Source: Felis catus (lineage: Eukaryota). Taken from it: a stretch of 64,000 bases of DNA. Below the pieces are notes generated by a model. That model had not been told where the DNA came from, made no database searches, and worked only from the letters and a program-made list of their open reading frames with translations. Positions 46,549 to 59,355 of the stretch are shown here, piece after piece (the stretch's first letter is position 1; the number at the start of each line of letters is the position of its first letter). The translations under genes were made by a program, and so were the position numbers. The DNA lies in assembly GCF_018350175.1 (NCBI RefSeq), contig NC_058377.1, positions 96,348,001 through 96,412,000 of the forward strand, given 5' to 3'.

Positions 46549-47106
46549 AGCTCATATTTAAACAGAAGGGTAGAGGGTTTATTGAATTTACTAGGAAGGG
46601 GAAGGGCAGATGTTTCAGGCATGACTCTAGCCGGGAGTTCAAATGATGCCATCAGATTTCGTGCTCGCTCTCGTATCCTCTATGTAGCCTCATTTCAGAC
46701 ATGCTCCATTTAGGTGGTGGCAAGATGGCTTCCAGACAGCTCCAAGCACCGTGCTCCTTGTAGCAGATACCTACAGGGTGTTTGAAGGATAGATACCCTT
46801 TCTTCCTTAGCATTCATGTCTCTCCTGTTCCAGGAGGCCAACTGGCCTTACCTCAGTCACCCGTATTCCAGGGGAATGTGGTGCTCAGAGCCCAGGTTCT
46901 GTTCATCTGCCCACCCTGCTCTCCTAACACATTGATGTTTCCCATTCGGGCTTCCTTCCTCACGGTCTCAATATGGCCCCAGAAGCTCCACACGTCACCC
47001 CCTCACCAAGTACTTCCAGAGACAGAGAGGAGAGTATGTTCTCTGGTGCCTCCTTTTTGCTTTGTTTCAGTCATTTATTTGCTCATTTATTTAAAAAGAT
47101 ATTTGT

Positions 47107-47523
47107 GGGGCGCCTGGGTGGCTCAGTCGGTTGAGTGTTCAACTTCAGCTCAGGTCGTGATCTCCTGGTTTGTGGATTCGTGCCCCATGTCGGGCTCTGC
47201 GCTGACAGTGTGGAGCCTGCTTCAGATCCTCTGGCCCCTTCTCTCTCTGCCCCTTCCCTGTTTGCTCTCTCTCAAAAACAAACAAACATTAAAAATAAAT
47301 AAGGGGTGCCTGGGTGGCTTAGTCGGTTGAGCATCCGACTTTGGCTGAGGTTATGATCTCACAGTTTATGGGTTCGAGCCCCACATCAGGCTCTGTGTTG
47401 ATAGCTCAGAGCCTGGAGCCTGCTTCGGATTCTCTCTCCTTCTATCTTTCTCCTTCCACCTCTCATGCTTTGTCTCTGTCTCTCAAAAATAAATAAATGT
47501 TAAAAAAATTAAAAGTAAATAAG
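47107..47523 (+). mobile_element. Two tandem CAN-SINEs (second from 47303)
   Basis: Outer TSD aaagatatttgt, inner aaaa(a/g)taaataa. Confidence 0.9.
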
Positions 47524-47616
47524 AAAGATATTTGTCAGGCTTCAAATGTGTAGGGGTTTGTTATCCAAGTGAGCACTTTGCCAGATTCTCTGAAATTATT
47601 CACATTCATACTTCCA

Positions 47617-47823
47617 TTATTTATTTATTTTAAAAGTTTATTTTAGAGAGTGCATGCACACAGGGGAGGGGCAGAGAGAGGGGGAGAGAGAGAGAATCCC
47701 AAGCAGGGTCCACATTGTCAGTGCAGAGCGTGATGCGGGGCTGGAACATAAGAACCTTGAGATCATGATGGGAGCCAAAATCAAGAGTCAGATACTTAAC
47801 CCACTGAGCCAGCCAAGCGCCCC
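47617..47823 (-). mobile_element. CAN-SINE
   Basis: TSD c(a/g)ttcatactt. Confidence 0.86.
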
Positions 47824-48046
47824 AACGTTCATACTTTTAGTATTTTCTTTACCCTTCTCTTAAGCATGGAAACGCCCTTTTACATTTAACTCTTACTCCT
47901 TTATTTTCATCTCCTGTGACACTGTTGACTAGTATTTTAGTTAATGCCTAGGTGGTCTGTTTGTTCCTTCTTCCTCCAGAAACTGTGCTTTGGAGACTCA
48001 TGACAACCCCAGTTTAGGTAAAGACCAGGCAAAATAGAACTTCTAC

Positions 48047-48266
48047 TTTAAATTTTTTTAAATGGTTATTTATTTATTTTGAGAGAGAGAGAATAAGCAT
48101 GAGTGAGGGAGGGTCAGAGAGAGAGGAAGAGAGAGAGAATCCCAAGCAGGCTCCACACTATCAGCACAGAGCCCAACGCAGTGCTTGAACTCGGTAACTG
48201 TGAGATCATGACCTGAGCCAAAATCAAGAGTCAGATGCTTAACGGCCTGAGCTACCTAGGCGCCCC
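48047..48266 (-). mobile_element. CAN-SINE
   Basis: Reverse-complement SINE. Confidence 0.86.
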
Positions 48267-48274
48267 TTGTTTTT

Positions 48275-48535
48275 GTTTTTAGATTCTGCAAATAAGAGAG
48301 ATCACCCAGTATTTGTCTTTCTCTGTCTGACTTATTTAGCACGATACCCTTGAGGTCCATCCATGGTATCACACGTGGCAAGATTTCATTCATTATTATG
48401 GCTGAATAATATTCCATTGTACGTGTATATATCCCCTTTGCTTTATGCACTCATCTATTGATGGACAAGTAGGTTGTTTCCATATCTTGGCTACTGTAAA
48501 TAATGCTGCAGTGAACACGGGGGTAAACATCTAGT
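48275..48535 (-). mobile_element. L1 3' region fragment
   Basis: ctttctctgtctgacttatttagcac...ggctgaataatattccattgt...gttgtttccatatcttggct, typical reverse-complement L1 3' end. Confidence 0.8.
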
Positions 48536-48614
48536 TTTTAATCTCCAAATCAGTCATTTTTATAGTTTTATACAGTTACTATTTGTTATTGTTGCTTTAG
48601 TCAGTATTTGTTTT

Positions 48615-48845
48615 TGTTTTTTTTTTCTTTTTTTCTTTTTTTTTTTTTTTATTTTTGGGACAAAGAGAGACAGAGCATGAACGGGGGAGGGGCAGAGAGA
48701 GAGGGAGACACAGAATCGGAAGGAAGCAGGCTCCAGGCTCTGAGCCATCAGCCCAGAGCCTGACGCGGGGCTCGAACTCACGGACCGCGAGATCGTGACC
48801 TGGCTGAAGTCGGACGCTTAACCAACTGCGCCACCCAGGCGCCCC
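48615..48845 (-). mobile_element. Young CAN-SINE
   Basis: TSD agtcagtatttgtttt. Confidence 0.94.
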
Positions 48846-50215
48846 AGTCAGTATTTGTTTTGATTTACCCATGAATTTATCAGTTTCATTGTTTGCCATC
48901 CATGCTTCATCTCAGTACTTCCTTCTGGTTCTAACATTCCTTTTCCTGAAATACATCTTTCAGAAATTCTGTTAGGAAGGGTCCAATGATGGTAAATTCT
49001 TTCTATTTGTGTCTGTCTCTTTCTATTTGTGTCTCGTATTCTTCAAAGATGGTTTTACTAGGTATACAACTTACATGGACTGCTAGCTTCTCTTGGTCCT
49101 TTTTTCCATTATCTTATGACTCCTGTTTGTTTTTCTTGAGAAGTCTGCTGTTAGTCTTACTGTCCATCCGTTACAGAGAGTCATCCCCACCCAATAATGG
49201 AAAATTCTCAGCTGCTCTCTCCCTGGATACCAAAATCAAGAGTCGGACACTTAAGCAACTGAGCCACCCAGGTGCCCCAGGCACCTTTCCTCTGATGGGC
49301 TTATTGTTCATGTGCTCATTCTGGATTGTGAACTTAACATTTGTTTGGGTTTTATCTGTCAGCATCCTGGGCAGCCTGTGTGGAGGCATGACCCTCTGGG
49401 CGGGGGCTCGGAGGGGGGGGGGTGGGCATGGATTTATATTTCCTTCTTCAGGTGCTACCAATCTGGGTTGATGATACTTCATGTTATTCTCTAGGCTTGG
49501 AGCTTTCTGGACCATGCTGGTAATATAAATTCAAACCCCCACATCGTTGTGAAGCCTGGTGTTAAACGTTCTCAGCAGAGACTCTTCTTTTTCCGCTCTC
49601 CGGACAAGACAGTTTTTTGGTTTGTTGTTACTGATGCTGAGTCAGTTTTCCAGGCTGCCATCTCAGTGTCCTAGCTTTACATGGCCTTCTTGGTATCAGC
49701 TCCCCACCTTATACACCCAACTTTGTAGCTTTAACACTCATTTTTCTCACTGTGCTTCATTTCTGGCTTCTGTATATTTTCTTTACTATTTTTGTGAGCC
49801 CATCCACCCACCTGACAGAGCGTTCATTATATCTGATGTGGTTTTAATAGGTGTTTTCTAGTTCTCCAGGCTGCCTGCCGGTGTTGTTTAAGCTGAGCCA
49901 ACATAAAATACCACAGAACGATTCTTTCACAGAGTCTTTTTCCTTGGAGATGACACCTTTCTTCATTCTTGCAAACTGCTGTCATTTAAAGGAAGTGGTA
50001 AATCTGGGACTCAACTGCACACAGGGAATTCTTCCTGCTGGTAACCTTGCTTTCCCCTGATGATGCCACTTTCCTTGAAAGCCACGCCTTTTCTAACTCG
50101 CACCTTTGCTTTTCCTGACTCTGGGTAGGTGGGGGTCGGTGCGGTCTCTGTTTTTCTTTCTTTCTGTACCTTCAAAGTGAGTAATGCAACATCTTTCTAT
50201 AGCCTCTCCTCTTTT

Positions 50216-50441
50216 TTTTTTTTTTAAATTTTTTTTCAACGTTTTTATTTATTTTTGGGACAGAGAGAGATAGAGCATGAACGGGGGAGGGGCAGAGAGA
50301 GAGGGAGACACAGAATCGGAAACAGGCTCCAGGCTCCGAGCCATCAGCCCAGAGCCTGACGCGGGGCTCGAACTCGCGGACCGCGAGATCGTGACCTGGC
50401 TGAAGTCGGACACTTAACCGACTGCGCCACCCAGGCGCCCC
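50216..50441 (-). mobile_element. Young CAN-SINE
   Basis: TSD tagcctctcctctttt. Confidence 0.95.
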
Positions 50442-51435
50442 TAGCCTCTCCTCTTTTAACTGCTGACCACTAAGACTTTTCTACCTTCTCAGAGGCGTCA
50501 GGTCTGGCTTATAGTTTTATTCCCCACTCTTTGCTATCATCCCCAGCTGCTTTAGCATGGCTTCTAATATCATAACTTCTGTGCTTTCCTACCTCCAATC
50601 ACTGGCATGGTTTCTACCCCTAGAAATGCAGCCACATCGTTCCAGTTACACTGGATTAAAAAAACACTTGGTCTTTCTGATGGCTTCTCCCATTTTTACA
50701 CCTCCTCCTTCTCATCTGGGTTTTTGCTCATGACTTTTTCTCTGTCTGGAACGCCCTATTCACAGCAAAGATATTAAATCTTGGGTGGAGGCTTCCCAAA
50801 TCTTTGCAACTGGATGGGTTGCTTTCTCTTTTGAGCCCTGTAGCACTTGGTGTATATTCTCCCACACCACTTTTCACCCTCAGTTTTGGCTAATCTTGCT
50901 TGTATACTTGTCTTATTCTATTGAGGCCCACCTAGTTCTTGGGCACCCTTTATTCGTATTCACTGAGCACTTACTGTGTTCCAGGCACTATACATGTGTA
51001 GGGTTATAAAAAGTAAATAAGATAGGTTCCTCAGAGGCTGAGCCTAACACAGGCCTTTAACACAGAAAGTCCTCATTTAATGGACGAATAATGATTAATG
51101 AAAAGCATATATACTATAGATATATTTAATTCAGAGGAAGACAAAGAAGAAAAAATATTTTCCATCTTTCCATTTATCAAATGGGGTGTATGTACCTGTG
51201 CTAAATTTCCTATGGTTTGGGGAAGATGTGGACTTGGATAGCAGAGCAATACTCTCTCGGATGTGGAGAAGAAAATGTGGGTTTCCCATCTCCAGAACAT
51301 TCTCAACCCAGTCTCCCTGGGTCTGTGACAAGCAGACATTAACTCACAATATCCACGGAATCACTGTTGCTGCGGGAAGCCCCAGTCTCTGGACTTGGAA
51401 ACATTCCCATGAATATTGAAGCTGTAAGGGACAAC

Positions 51436-51454
51436 GTCCACCAGGTGGCGCTAA
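51436..51454 (+). promoter_or_regulatory. CTCF motif
   Basis: gtCCACCAGGTGGCGCtaa matches the core consensus CCASYAGRKGGCRS. Confidence 0.6.
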
Positions 51455-51729
51455 GGGATAGCTGGGCCTAAAATGGATTTGGCTTCTGTCGCCAGTTACC
51501 TGTAAACTACACAAGCTCAATGGGGTCATCTCAGTAACCTCTCAATGACATCACTCTGCATTTTGATTTAATTTTTTAGACTCCACTTATGCCTTATGAC
51601 GGGTTTTACTGTGCCTGTATAAGGCCAGATCATATAAATAATACAGAAAACAAAACAATCTCTTTCCCCCATTTCTACCTTCATAATTACTCCCCCCCCC
51701 CCAAGTCTTCATTGCTTCTTGGATTCCTT

Positions 51730-51732
<3 letters not shown>

Positions 51733-51772
<40 letters not shown>
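51733..51772. repeat. (TA)n microsatellite upstream of EXT2
   Basis: About 20 TA units. Confidence 0.95.
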
Positions 51773-51779
<7 letters not shown>

Positions 51780-52269
51780 CGCTTGAATATAAACATCTAC
51801 ATGTATAGTTTCTCTCTCCTGTTTTTGCATGTAAATATATTTTACAGAAAAGGGATCATACTTGCTCACCGTTCTAGAGCACGCTTTCATATTAACACAC
51901 CCTCGAGATTATTTCTATACCGGTATCTATACGCATTCTCACATGATTCTATTCTAATCATAACTTCTTTCATAGCTTATTTTGCCAGCTTCCGGTTTTC
52001 AGGTATTCTTAGGAACAATGCTGTAATGAGTAATTCTGGTAAACGTTGTTGAGAATACCTGTGGGGTAAAATCCACACAGAGGGATTGGAGGGGCAAGGT
52101 TGCGGGCACTTCACGTTTGATGGATACTGCCAAATTGTCCTCCGGGAATCTGCACGCTCGCCAGTGCTGATTGTAATAAAACGTTTACGTCTGTGTCCGT
52201 TTTGTAAGTGAAGCACGGTGCGTAGCTACTTGGGTCTGCAGTTACTTTGATTATGAGCCTGCGGGTCTT

Positions 52270-53060
52270 TGCGTGAGAGTTTCAGGATGGAGCCTGAGCT
52301 GCGCGTGCCTGCCAGGGAGACATCCTAAGCGGTGCCCTGACTCCTCCTGTCCAGCAGGGGGCGCGGGCCCGGCCGCTCCCGCATGCGCAGTGAGCTCGGT
52401 GTCAGGCGTCACCAAGCCCGGTCGCTGGCGCCTCGCTCCCCGCTCGCTTGCGCAGACCCGGCGCCGGCGGTGGCGGCCGGCGACTCGGCGCGACTCCTCC
52501 TGGGCGGCCGTGGCCCGCGCCCCGCGGCATGCGCCGGTGACCGAGCGCGGGGCCGAGCGGGAGGCAACCGTGGCCGAGGTAAGCGCGGCTCGGAAGGGCC
52601 TCGGTGGCAGCGGCAGAGTCGGGCCGGGCCGCCGGGAACCGCGGGCCGCGCGGAGGCCTGAAGGCGGTGAGAGGCGACCCCACCCCCGCCGGGGCCGCTC
52701 GTTACTTCTCCAGCTGTGGGAGCGCTTTGATTTCCGCACCGCCTTCTCGTCGCTCCCCTGGCCCGCCCCGCGCTTGGGTGCCCACCTGTCTCCCTTGCCC
52801 ACGCCTGCCCCGCCGGCCCCTTTCCTCTCTTTCCGGACCCCGAAAAGAGAGGGCGCATCCTGCGCGGTGACCTCTGCCATCCCGCTGCCACCTCCGTCCC
52901 GCGAGCTGCGGAGATCTGCTTCCGTACGCGGCGCCTTCTGGAGCGCTGGGCTCTCCCGTGGCCTGTGGCATCCCGGCAGGTTCTGGTGCGCGGAAAGACT
53001 GGTGGGGAAGGTGGCCAAAGATGCCCTGAGTTTGGGCATCGGCTCGAAGCTCAGAGGCGT
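52270..53060 (+). promoter_or_regulatory. EXT2 CpG-island promoter and non-coding exon 1 (donor GAG|gtaagc at 52578/52579)
   Basis: Dense CpG, NRF1-like CGCATGCGCA at 52380-52389, consensus donor, about 10.3 kb upstream of the first coding exon. Confidence 0.85.
52349..52366 (+). promoter_or_regulatory. CTCF motif at EXT2 promoter
   Basis: gtCCAGCAGGGGGCGCgg matches the core consensus. Confidence 0.55.
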
Positions 53061-54459
53061 TTGGAGGTTTACTACTGGCGGTGGGAACCAGATCTGTGTG
53101 TACAGTTTCGAGATTCACATGATTGCTTGGTGTAACTTACTGGGAGTTGCTAATCTGGAAGCGTCCTTGACTTGCTCCTTGTCTGAAGATTCCTTGAAAT
53201 AGAAACATGCCAGTTTTAATTCTTGGAAGTCAGTTGAGTGCTCTAAGGACTTACATTGGACTTGGTTTGTAAATTTCAGGGCTCACAGGCTATTCGCGGT
53301 AGTATATGAGTCCGTTTCCAGCATTTCTCACTTCCGCTGACTTAAGCCTTTTGGCTGCATATGCTGGGTATGGATAGGTTTGGGTCCGTCAAGTTATGCT
53401 GGCTTTGCTAATTGAGTGAAAAAGGTAGATCTAACCTAGGGTGTTAAAGGTAATTAGGGGAGGCATGGGGTTTGAGAGCTCAGGCTCCGGAGCCAGACTA
53501 CCATCCTCCAAATCCTAGCCTTGGCATTTTCTAGTTTTGTGACACCGTGCAAGTTACTTATGCTTCCCGTTGCACTTTCCCTGTCTGTAAAATGAGGATA
53601 ATAATAGCTTGTCAGGTGGCACTGTTAGAAAGATTAATACAAAATGCTTAAAACAGATTGTAGCGTGTAGTAAGTCCTCAATAAAGTTTAGTTATTAGTG
53701 TATGCACTGTATTATAATTCCCACAAAGAAGCACTTTTTATTCCCCCTTGAAAATGTCACCATTTTTAGGGATGGCTAGCCATAATATAGCGTTAATTAT
53801 AAAGGACCCTATCCGGTAAGGCAGTGAATTGCAGATTTTCCTACCTTTGCTAGTATTTGGTTCCTTTGTTTTCAGGCACTGTTGGGTTGAGTTCCGGTGT
53901 AGCAGTGGCCCTGGGAGTTCAGTTGTGAGGGCTTTTCTAAAAAGGTTAAGACCGGGGATTGTGACTCAAAGCATTGGACTAAGTGGATTGGATATAGCCT
54001 GAAGCACCAAGGAAAGGGTTTTTCAGGCAAATTTTAGGAATAAATAATTCCAGGAACAGAAAATGCAGCTCATCGTGACATTAGAGTGGAGTTAAAAGAT
54101 TTTTCCAGTGAGTCAGTGCTTGACAGCTAGCCAGATGATTCCAGTGTTTTGCAGGGACAGGTTTGATATGTTTTAAGGAAGATAAAGTTTGTAGGGTTTT
54201 GTTATGCAATTCTTGTTTCATCTGGGTTCTGGTATTACGTGGAACATTACTTAGCAGAAGCCTCCTTTCAGTCTGTTGTCTTCCGAGAAGCCCAGCGTCA
54301 GGAGCTTTGGACATGGTGGTGGTAGTGAGTGTCCTCTTTGGATGGAAACATTATTACTTGTTCTCTTGGATGATGGTTTTGGGGAATACATCTTTCTGAG
54401 CTTCAGTGTGTGGAAACTGACTACAAGAACATGACAACCAGTAGAAGAGACTGGCAAAT

Positions 54460-54674
54460 ATTTATTTTTATTTTTTTAAATGTTTATTTATTTTTGAGAG
54501 AGAGAGCATGAGCAAGGGGAGGGGCAGAGAGAGAGGGGGACACAGAATCCGAAGCAGGCTCCAGGCTCTGAGCTGTCAGCACAGAGCCTGATGCCGGGCT
54601 CGAACTCACGGACTGTGAGATCGTGACCTGAGCCGACGTTGGATGCTTAACCGACTGAGCCACCCAGGTGCCCC
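54460..54674 (-). mobile_element. CAN-SINE in EXT2 intron 1
   Basis: TSD agact(g/t)gcaaatattt. Confidence 0.92.
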
Positions 54675-54899
54675 AGACTTGCAAATATTTTATATAACGT
54701 GGCAGATACTGTGATGAGGTCAGTAAAAGGTGCGTGGATGCTCACCAAGAAGGTTCTCTGTTTCTGAAACACCACTGAGTAAGGGACTTTTTCGCTCTAT
54801 CTCTCATCCTTTCCTTTCCTTTTTCATTTAAGACTTTCCCCCTCATTTTAAAATAGTTTTTATTCTACCTCAAGCACTCACCGTATCTGTTAGCTATTT

Positions 54900-57672
54900 G
54901 GCAAAAACTTGTGGGAGCTCGCTTAGCCTGTGCAGGGCATACCTTGGAGATGTGAGTTTATATCTTGGAATAGCCCTCAGCCACTGGGGGATGGGCTCCA
55001 GTGGATAAATGCCATAGCTTCTGATCCTTTAAAGAGACAGTTCGGAGGTGTGTTCTGTATAGTCCCGCAGATGGATCCTTCTGCAGAGGACAGAAGCCCA
55101 TTTCCCAGCTCAGTGCGGTAACCCTGATGGCTTTCTGTCCTTCCCTGACTCCTCTCCTTTGTCCCTCAGTCTGGCTCTATGGACTCCCCTTCTGCCAGCT
55201 ACCTGCTTTCAAGTTTTTTTTTTTTTTTTTCTTAGTTTGGCAGAACATAAACTGAAGACAGATAGTACGAGAAGTGGCTCTAGAAAGCCAGCCCTGATGA
55301 GAAGAGTATTGTGAAACTGGAACCCTTCACCCTCAGATGGCAGCGAGGACCCCTCTGCTGGTGTTGGGAACCACTGGTACTCTCTGGCATCACAGTTACG
55401 TGACTTGCCGGCGGTGGGAGGGATGCGATTCAGGTAGAAGGGGAAGCAGTGGCTACTACAGTGGCTCTAACATTTGAGCAGTATGTGGACAACGGTAATG
55501 ATAAGGCCGGCGGAGCTGGCTGTCTCTTGCCTTCTTCCCGGGAGCCTTGAGGTAAGGTCTGGCTCACGTCAGCCAGATACCAACTCAGGATACACCGTGA
55601 GCGACAGAAGGCTCTGTGGCGGCATCTCCTGCAGCTGGAGGGCAGGCTGTTGAAAATCAGCCCCAGAGCTTAATCATCATCATCATGGCAGAACTGCAGG
55701 GGAGGCCGAATGCACAGCCTTGGCAGGCGGCCGCTGCTAAAGCGAGACCGGGTGAGACCAGGGTGGAGATGTTTGGTAGAAGCGCTGAGAACTTTGAAGC
55801 CCCGGGTTTCCCTGGATCCCCTGGGCCAGCGGAAGGATCCACTGCTCTTCGGACACTCTGCAAAGACCTCGCTTAAGGCCGTTGCCTTGCAGGATGGTAT
55901 ATATCCTCCTCAAGATCTGCCTCCCCCTTCACCAGATCTCAGCATTGCCCGAGTGGGCAAGGACAGTCCCTGCTACTGGAGAAATAGCTTTTGTACCGAA
56001 TGAGCTATAGGACCTGGCTCACAGGCAGGAGCAGGAGCTGGGGGCGCACGCGTGGGAGTGAGTCTGGAGGTCGCTAGGTGAAGAGCGGGCTAGTGGTGGC
56101 CTGTAAAGCCGCTTGGGACAGGCTGTGTTGCTTTGGGAGTGTTCCCTCAGGATTCAGGATTTAATGATCTTGCAAGAGCAACTGGAGCCAATCTGCTGGA
56201 ACTTGAACGTGACAGTGATCGGCACCACTGGTTCTCAGCTAGGGGTGACTCGGCCTCCCCAGGGGATGTTTGGCAATCCGGATATGTGGTGGGTCGTCAC
56301 AACTGGGGGTTGTTTCTGCCTCCCCGCAGGAAAGGATGACCTGGCTCAAAATGTCGGTGGTGCCGGTAGGGCCTGGCCTATGGTAAAGGAGGTGGAGACG
56401 CCAGAGCTGTCTTGGCAGGTGTTGAGGAAGTTATCAGGGGCATAGGGAAGTGGAGATTTGAAATTGATTTATTGCTTGAGGCTGGTGTTCCCAGGAGGGC
56501 TCACTCCCTTCTCTCTGGTAACGTGGACACCCAGAGGAGGCCAGCATCTTTGAGAAGCTTGGTGTTGGTTGTCCCCTGCGGGCCAGAATTGACTCCAGAA
56601 GGTGTGACATGGAATTGGGTTCCTGAGGATCTGTGAGCATGATAGGATTCTGAAGTAGCAGAGGTGCTGGCACTAACCATCAGTGACATGCTAGACCAAT
56701 ACTCATAGTGGGATATAAAGCCCAAATTGTAACCTATGTGTCTTCTGTGATGCTAAAAGAGTATGGTCTTCTTTTTTTCTTTTTTTAATTATTTTTTAAC
56801 GTTTCATTTATTTTTGAGAGAGAGAGAGACAGGGTACGAGGTGGGGAGGGACGGACAGACAGGGAGACACAGAAGGTGAAGCAGGCTCCAGGCTCTGAGC
56901 TGTCAGCACAGAGCCCACTCGTGAACCACGAGATTGTGACCTGAGCCGAAGTCAGATGCTCAACTGACTGAGCCACCCAGGCGCCCCTAGAGTATGGTAT
57001 TCTTGAGGGCGGTATAGATGGGCGGCCAACTAGGGTATCGCTTGACTTGTTTTACCAGAAAAAAAACCCCGAAAAAAACAACAACCCAAGAGTGGGCAAA
57101 CAGAAGCCTGATGTCAGCTGTTGCAATGGAAAAATCCTGTTTTCCGACATGAGCTCAGACCCATATCCTATGTATTGAGGGGGAGGCTGGATCTCTTTGA
57201 AGAGGACTTTGCAGCATCCCTGCAAATATAGACAGAGGTTCACCCAGTCCTTCCTCAAGAAACTGCAGCTCTGTATCAGACTGACGTACATCAAAGAAAG
57301 GATAGTATCCAGATATTTTGGGGGTTGTTGAGTACAGAGTATGAGCTGATAATAATACCAGGCAACCCTCAAGCAGTAGTGTGCAGGAGTTGGGAGATAA
57401 ATGCCTTGGGCTCTCATCCTTCTGAGGGACAGAAGGTGTAGTCTACATGATTCTTAAAGGCTTCCCAACCCTCCTAGAGTCCCTGTTGCCCACCGCAGTG
57501 ACCGGTTTAAATCACGCACCTCTTATTGGCTTTCCCTGGTTCCCTGTCTCTTCTTGATAGCCGCTCTGGCTTTCTGGGGTCACCTTCCAAGTAAGTAAAC
57601 GACCTGCACCCCCATCCTTGTCTCTGGTTCTTTTTTGGGGGGGGGGCGGGGGGCAGAGGGACCAAACTGACG
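54900..57672 (+). mobile_element. Decayed ERV-L (ERV3-16/LTR16-like) provirus: 5' LTR, frameshifted gag remnant, 3' LTR; pol deleted
   Basis: Peptide remnants VENQPQSLIIIIMAELQGRPNAQP, MGVFPQDSGFNDLARA, WPMVKEVETPELSWQ, RPASLRSLV, IDGRPT resemble ERV-L Gag; homologous LTR-like segments at about 54900-55260 and 57300-57672. Confidence 0.7.
56772..56987 (-). mobile_element. CAN-SINE inserted in the ERV-L remnant
   Basis: TSD agagtatggt(c/a)ttctt. Confidence 0.9.
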
Positions 57673-58106
57673 AGTAGAAGCAAAATGTGATGCCTAGGAC
57701 TCTAACGCAGGAGCATTAGCTCCTCTTCTCTCCAGCCCTTATGCTGACCACCTGGGACTCTGGAGCCTGTTCACATTCCTACCAGGATGTGCCAGGTCCC
57801 TGCCAGCACTGGGTGGTGTGTTTGATTCTTATACTTCTTGCGCTCGTGGGTAGATGGTGTCTCATTGTGGTTGTACTTTCCCTGATCAATGAGACTAAAC
57901 GTGTTTCTCCAAAGTTGATGTGCTGGTTTTGTTTCCTCCTCTGTGAAATTCCTGTTTGTCTTTTGTCTGTTTTTCTATTTTTTGTTTGTTTTGTTTTTCT
58001 TGTTTTGTAGGCATTCTTTATTCTCATTGCTAGTTATATGTATTGCAGGTATCTACTAGTTTATTGATTGTCTTTTAACTTATGGTGTCCTTTTTTTACA
58101 AAAAAC

Positions 58107-58293
58107 TATTTATTTATTGAGAGAGAGGAGACAGAGAGAGTGAGCAGGGGAAGGGCAGAGAGAGAGAGGGAAAGAGAGAGAGAGAATCCCAAGCAGGCTC
58201 CACACTTTTAGTGCAGATCCCGACATGGGGCTCGTACCCACGAACCGCAACCAAGACTTGGTCGCTTAACCAACTGAGCCACCCAGGCAACCC
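58107..58293 (-). mobile_element. CAN-SINE
   Basis: Reverse-complement SINE. Confidence 0.82.
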
Positions 58294-59032
58294 GATGAAC
58301 AAAAATTCTTAATTGTGACACAGAATTTATCATTTTATCTTTTTATGGTTTGCACTTTTTTGTATTTTGTTTTAGAAATCGTTCTCTGCTCAGAAGCCGT
58401 AGAGATCTCTGTTCTAAGTATTTTATAGTTTTGCCTGTAATGTGTAGCTTTTTAATCTACCTTGGACAGATTTTTCTCCCCTCTGGCCGCTTTTAACATT
58501 TTTCTTTGGCTTTCTTTTCAGTAGTTTTACTTTGACATACGTAGGTGGGGTTTTCTTTGTATATATTCTGCTTGGACTTGAGATCTTGAATCTGTGAGTT
58601 GGTATCTTTCATTATATTAGGAAAAACTTATCAGAAGACAGCTGGATTCTCATACCTATTTCTGCAGTCTTTGCAATACCATGGATCACATGGCCTCAAA
58701 AATGAAAGTGAAAAAATCTTACCAGTATTATTATAAAAACACTTCAGGGCCTTTGAAAGGATTGTGGGGAGCCCTCAGACATACCTGGAAATCCACCTGT
58801 GTGAGATTTTGGTATTAAGGTTATACTAGTCTCCTAATATAAGCTGGGGAATGTTTTCACCTTTTTTCTGAACTTGGAACTTATTTGTGTAAAATTGGAA
58901 TTATTTCTTGAATGTGTAGTAAAACTTGGGAAATCTTCTGGGCCTAGGATTTGCTTTCTAGGAAGATTTTTAAAGCTTTGATTTGATTTCTTTAATGTTA
59001 TACAAATATTCAGGTTTGCTGTTTCTCCCTGA

Positions 59033-59037
<5 letters not shown>

Positions 59038-59080
<43 letters not shown>
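59038..59080. repeat. (TA)n microsatellite
   Basis: About 21 TA units next to a SINE tail; a (TA)n(TG)n compound lies at 59310-59353. Confidence 0.93.
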
Positions 59081-59083
<3 letters not shown>

Positions 59084-59310
59084 TTTTAAATGTTTATTTT
59101 GAGAGAGAGAGAATGAGCAGGGGAGGGACAGAGAGAGAGGGGGAGAGAGAATCCCAAGCAGGTTCCACACTGTCAGTGCAGAGCCCAGTGTGGTGCTCAA
59201 ACCCACAAACCATGAGATCATGACCTGAGCCAAAATCAAGAGTCAGATGCCCCAACCAACTGAGCCACCCAGGTGCCCTGGAAAATTAAATTTTATATAT
59301 AAATTAAATT

Positions 59311-59355
<45 letters not shown>

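Noticed and set aside
52251-53202. 309-aa and 262-aa ORFs at the EXT2 promoter
   Set aside because: CpG-island ORFs crossing a consensus splice donor; not independent genes (only the in-frame leader aspect was kept)
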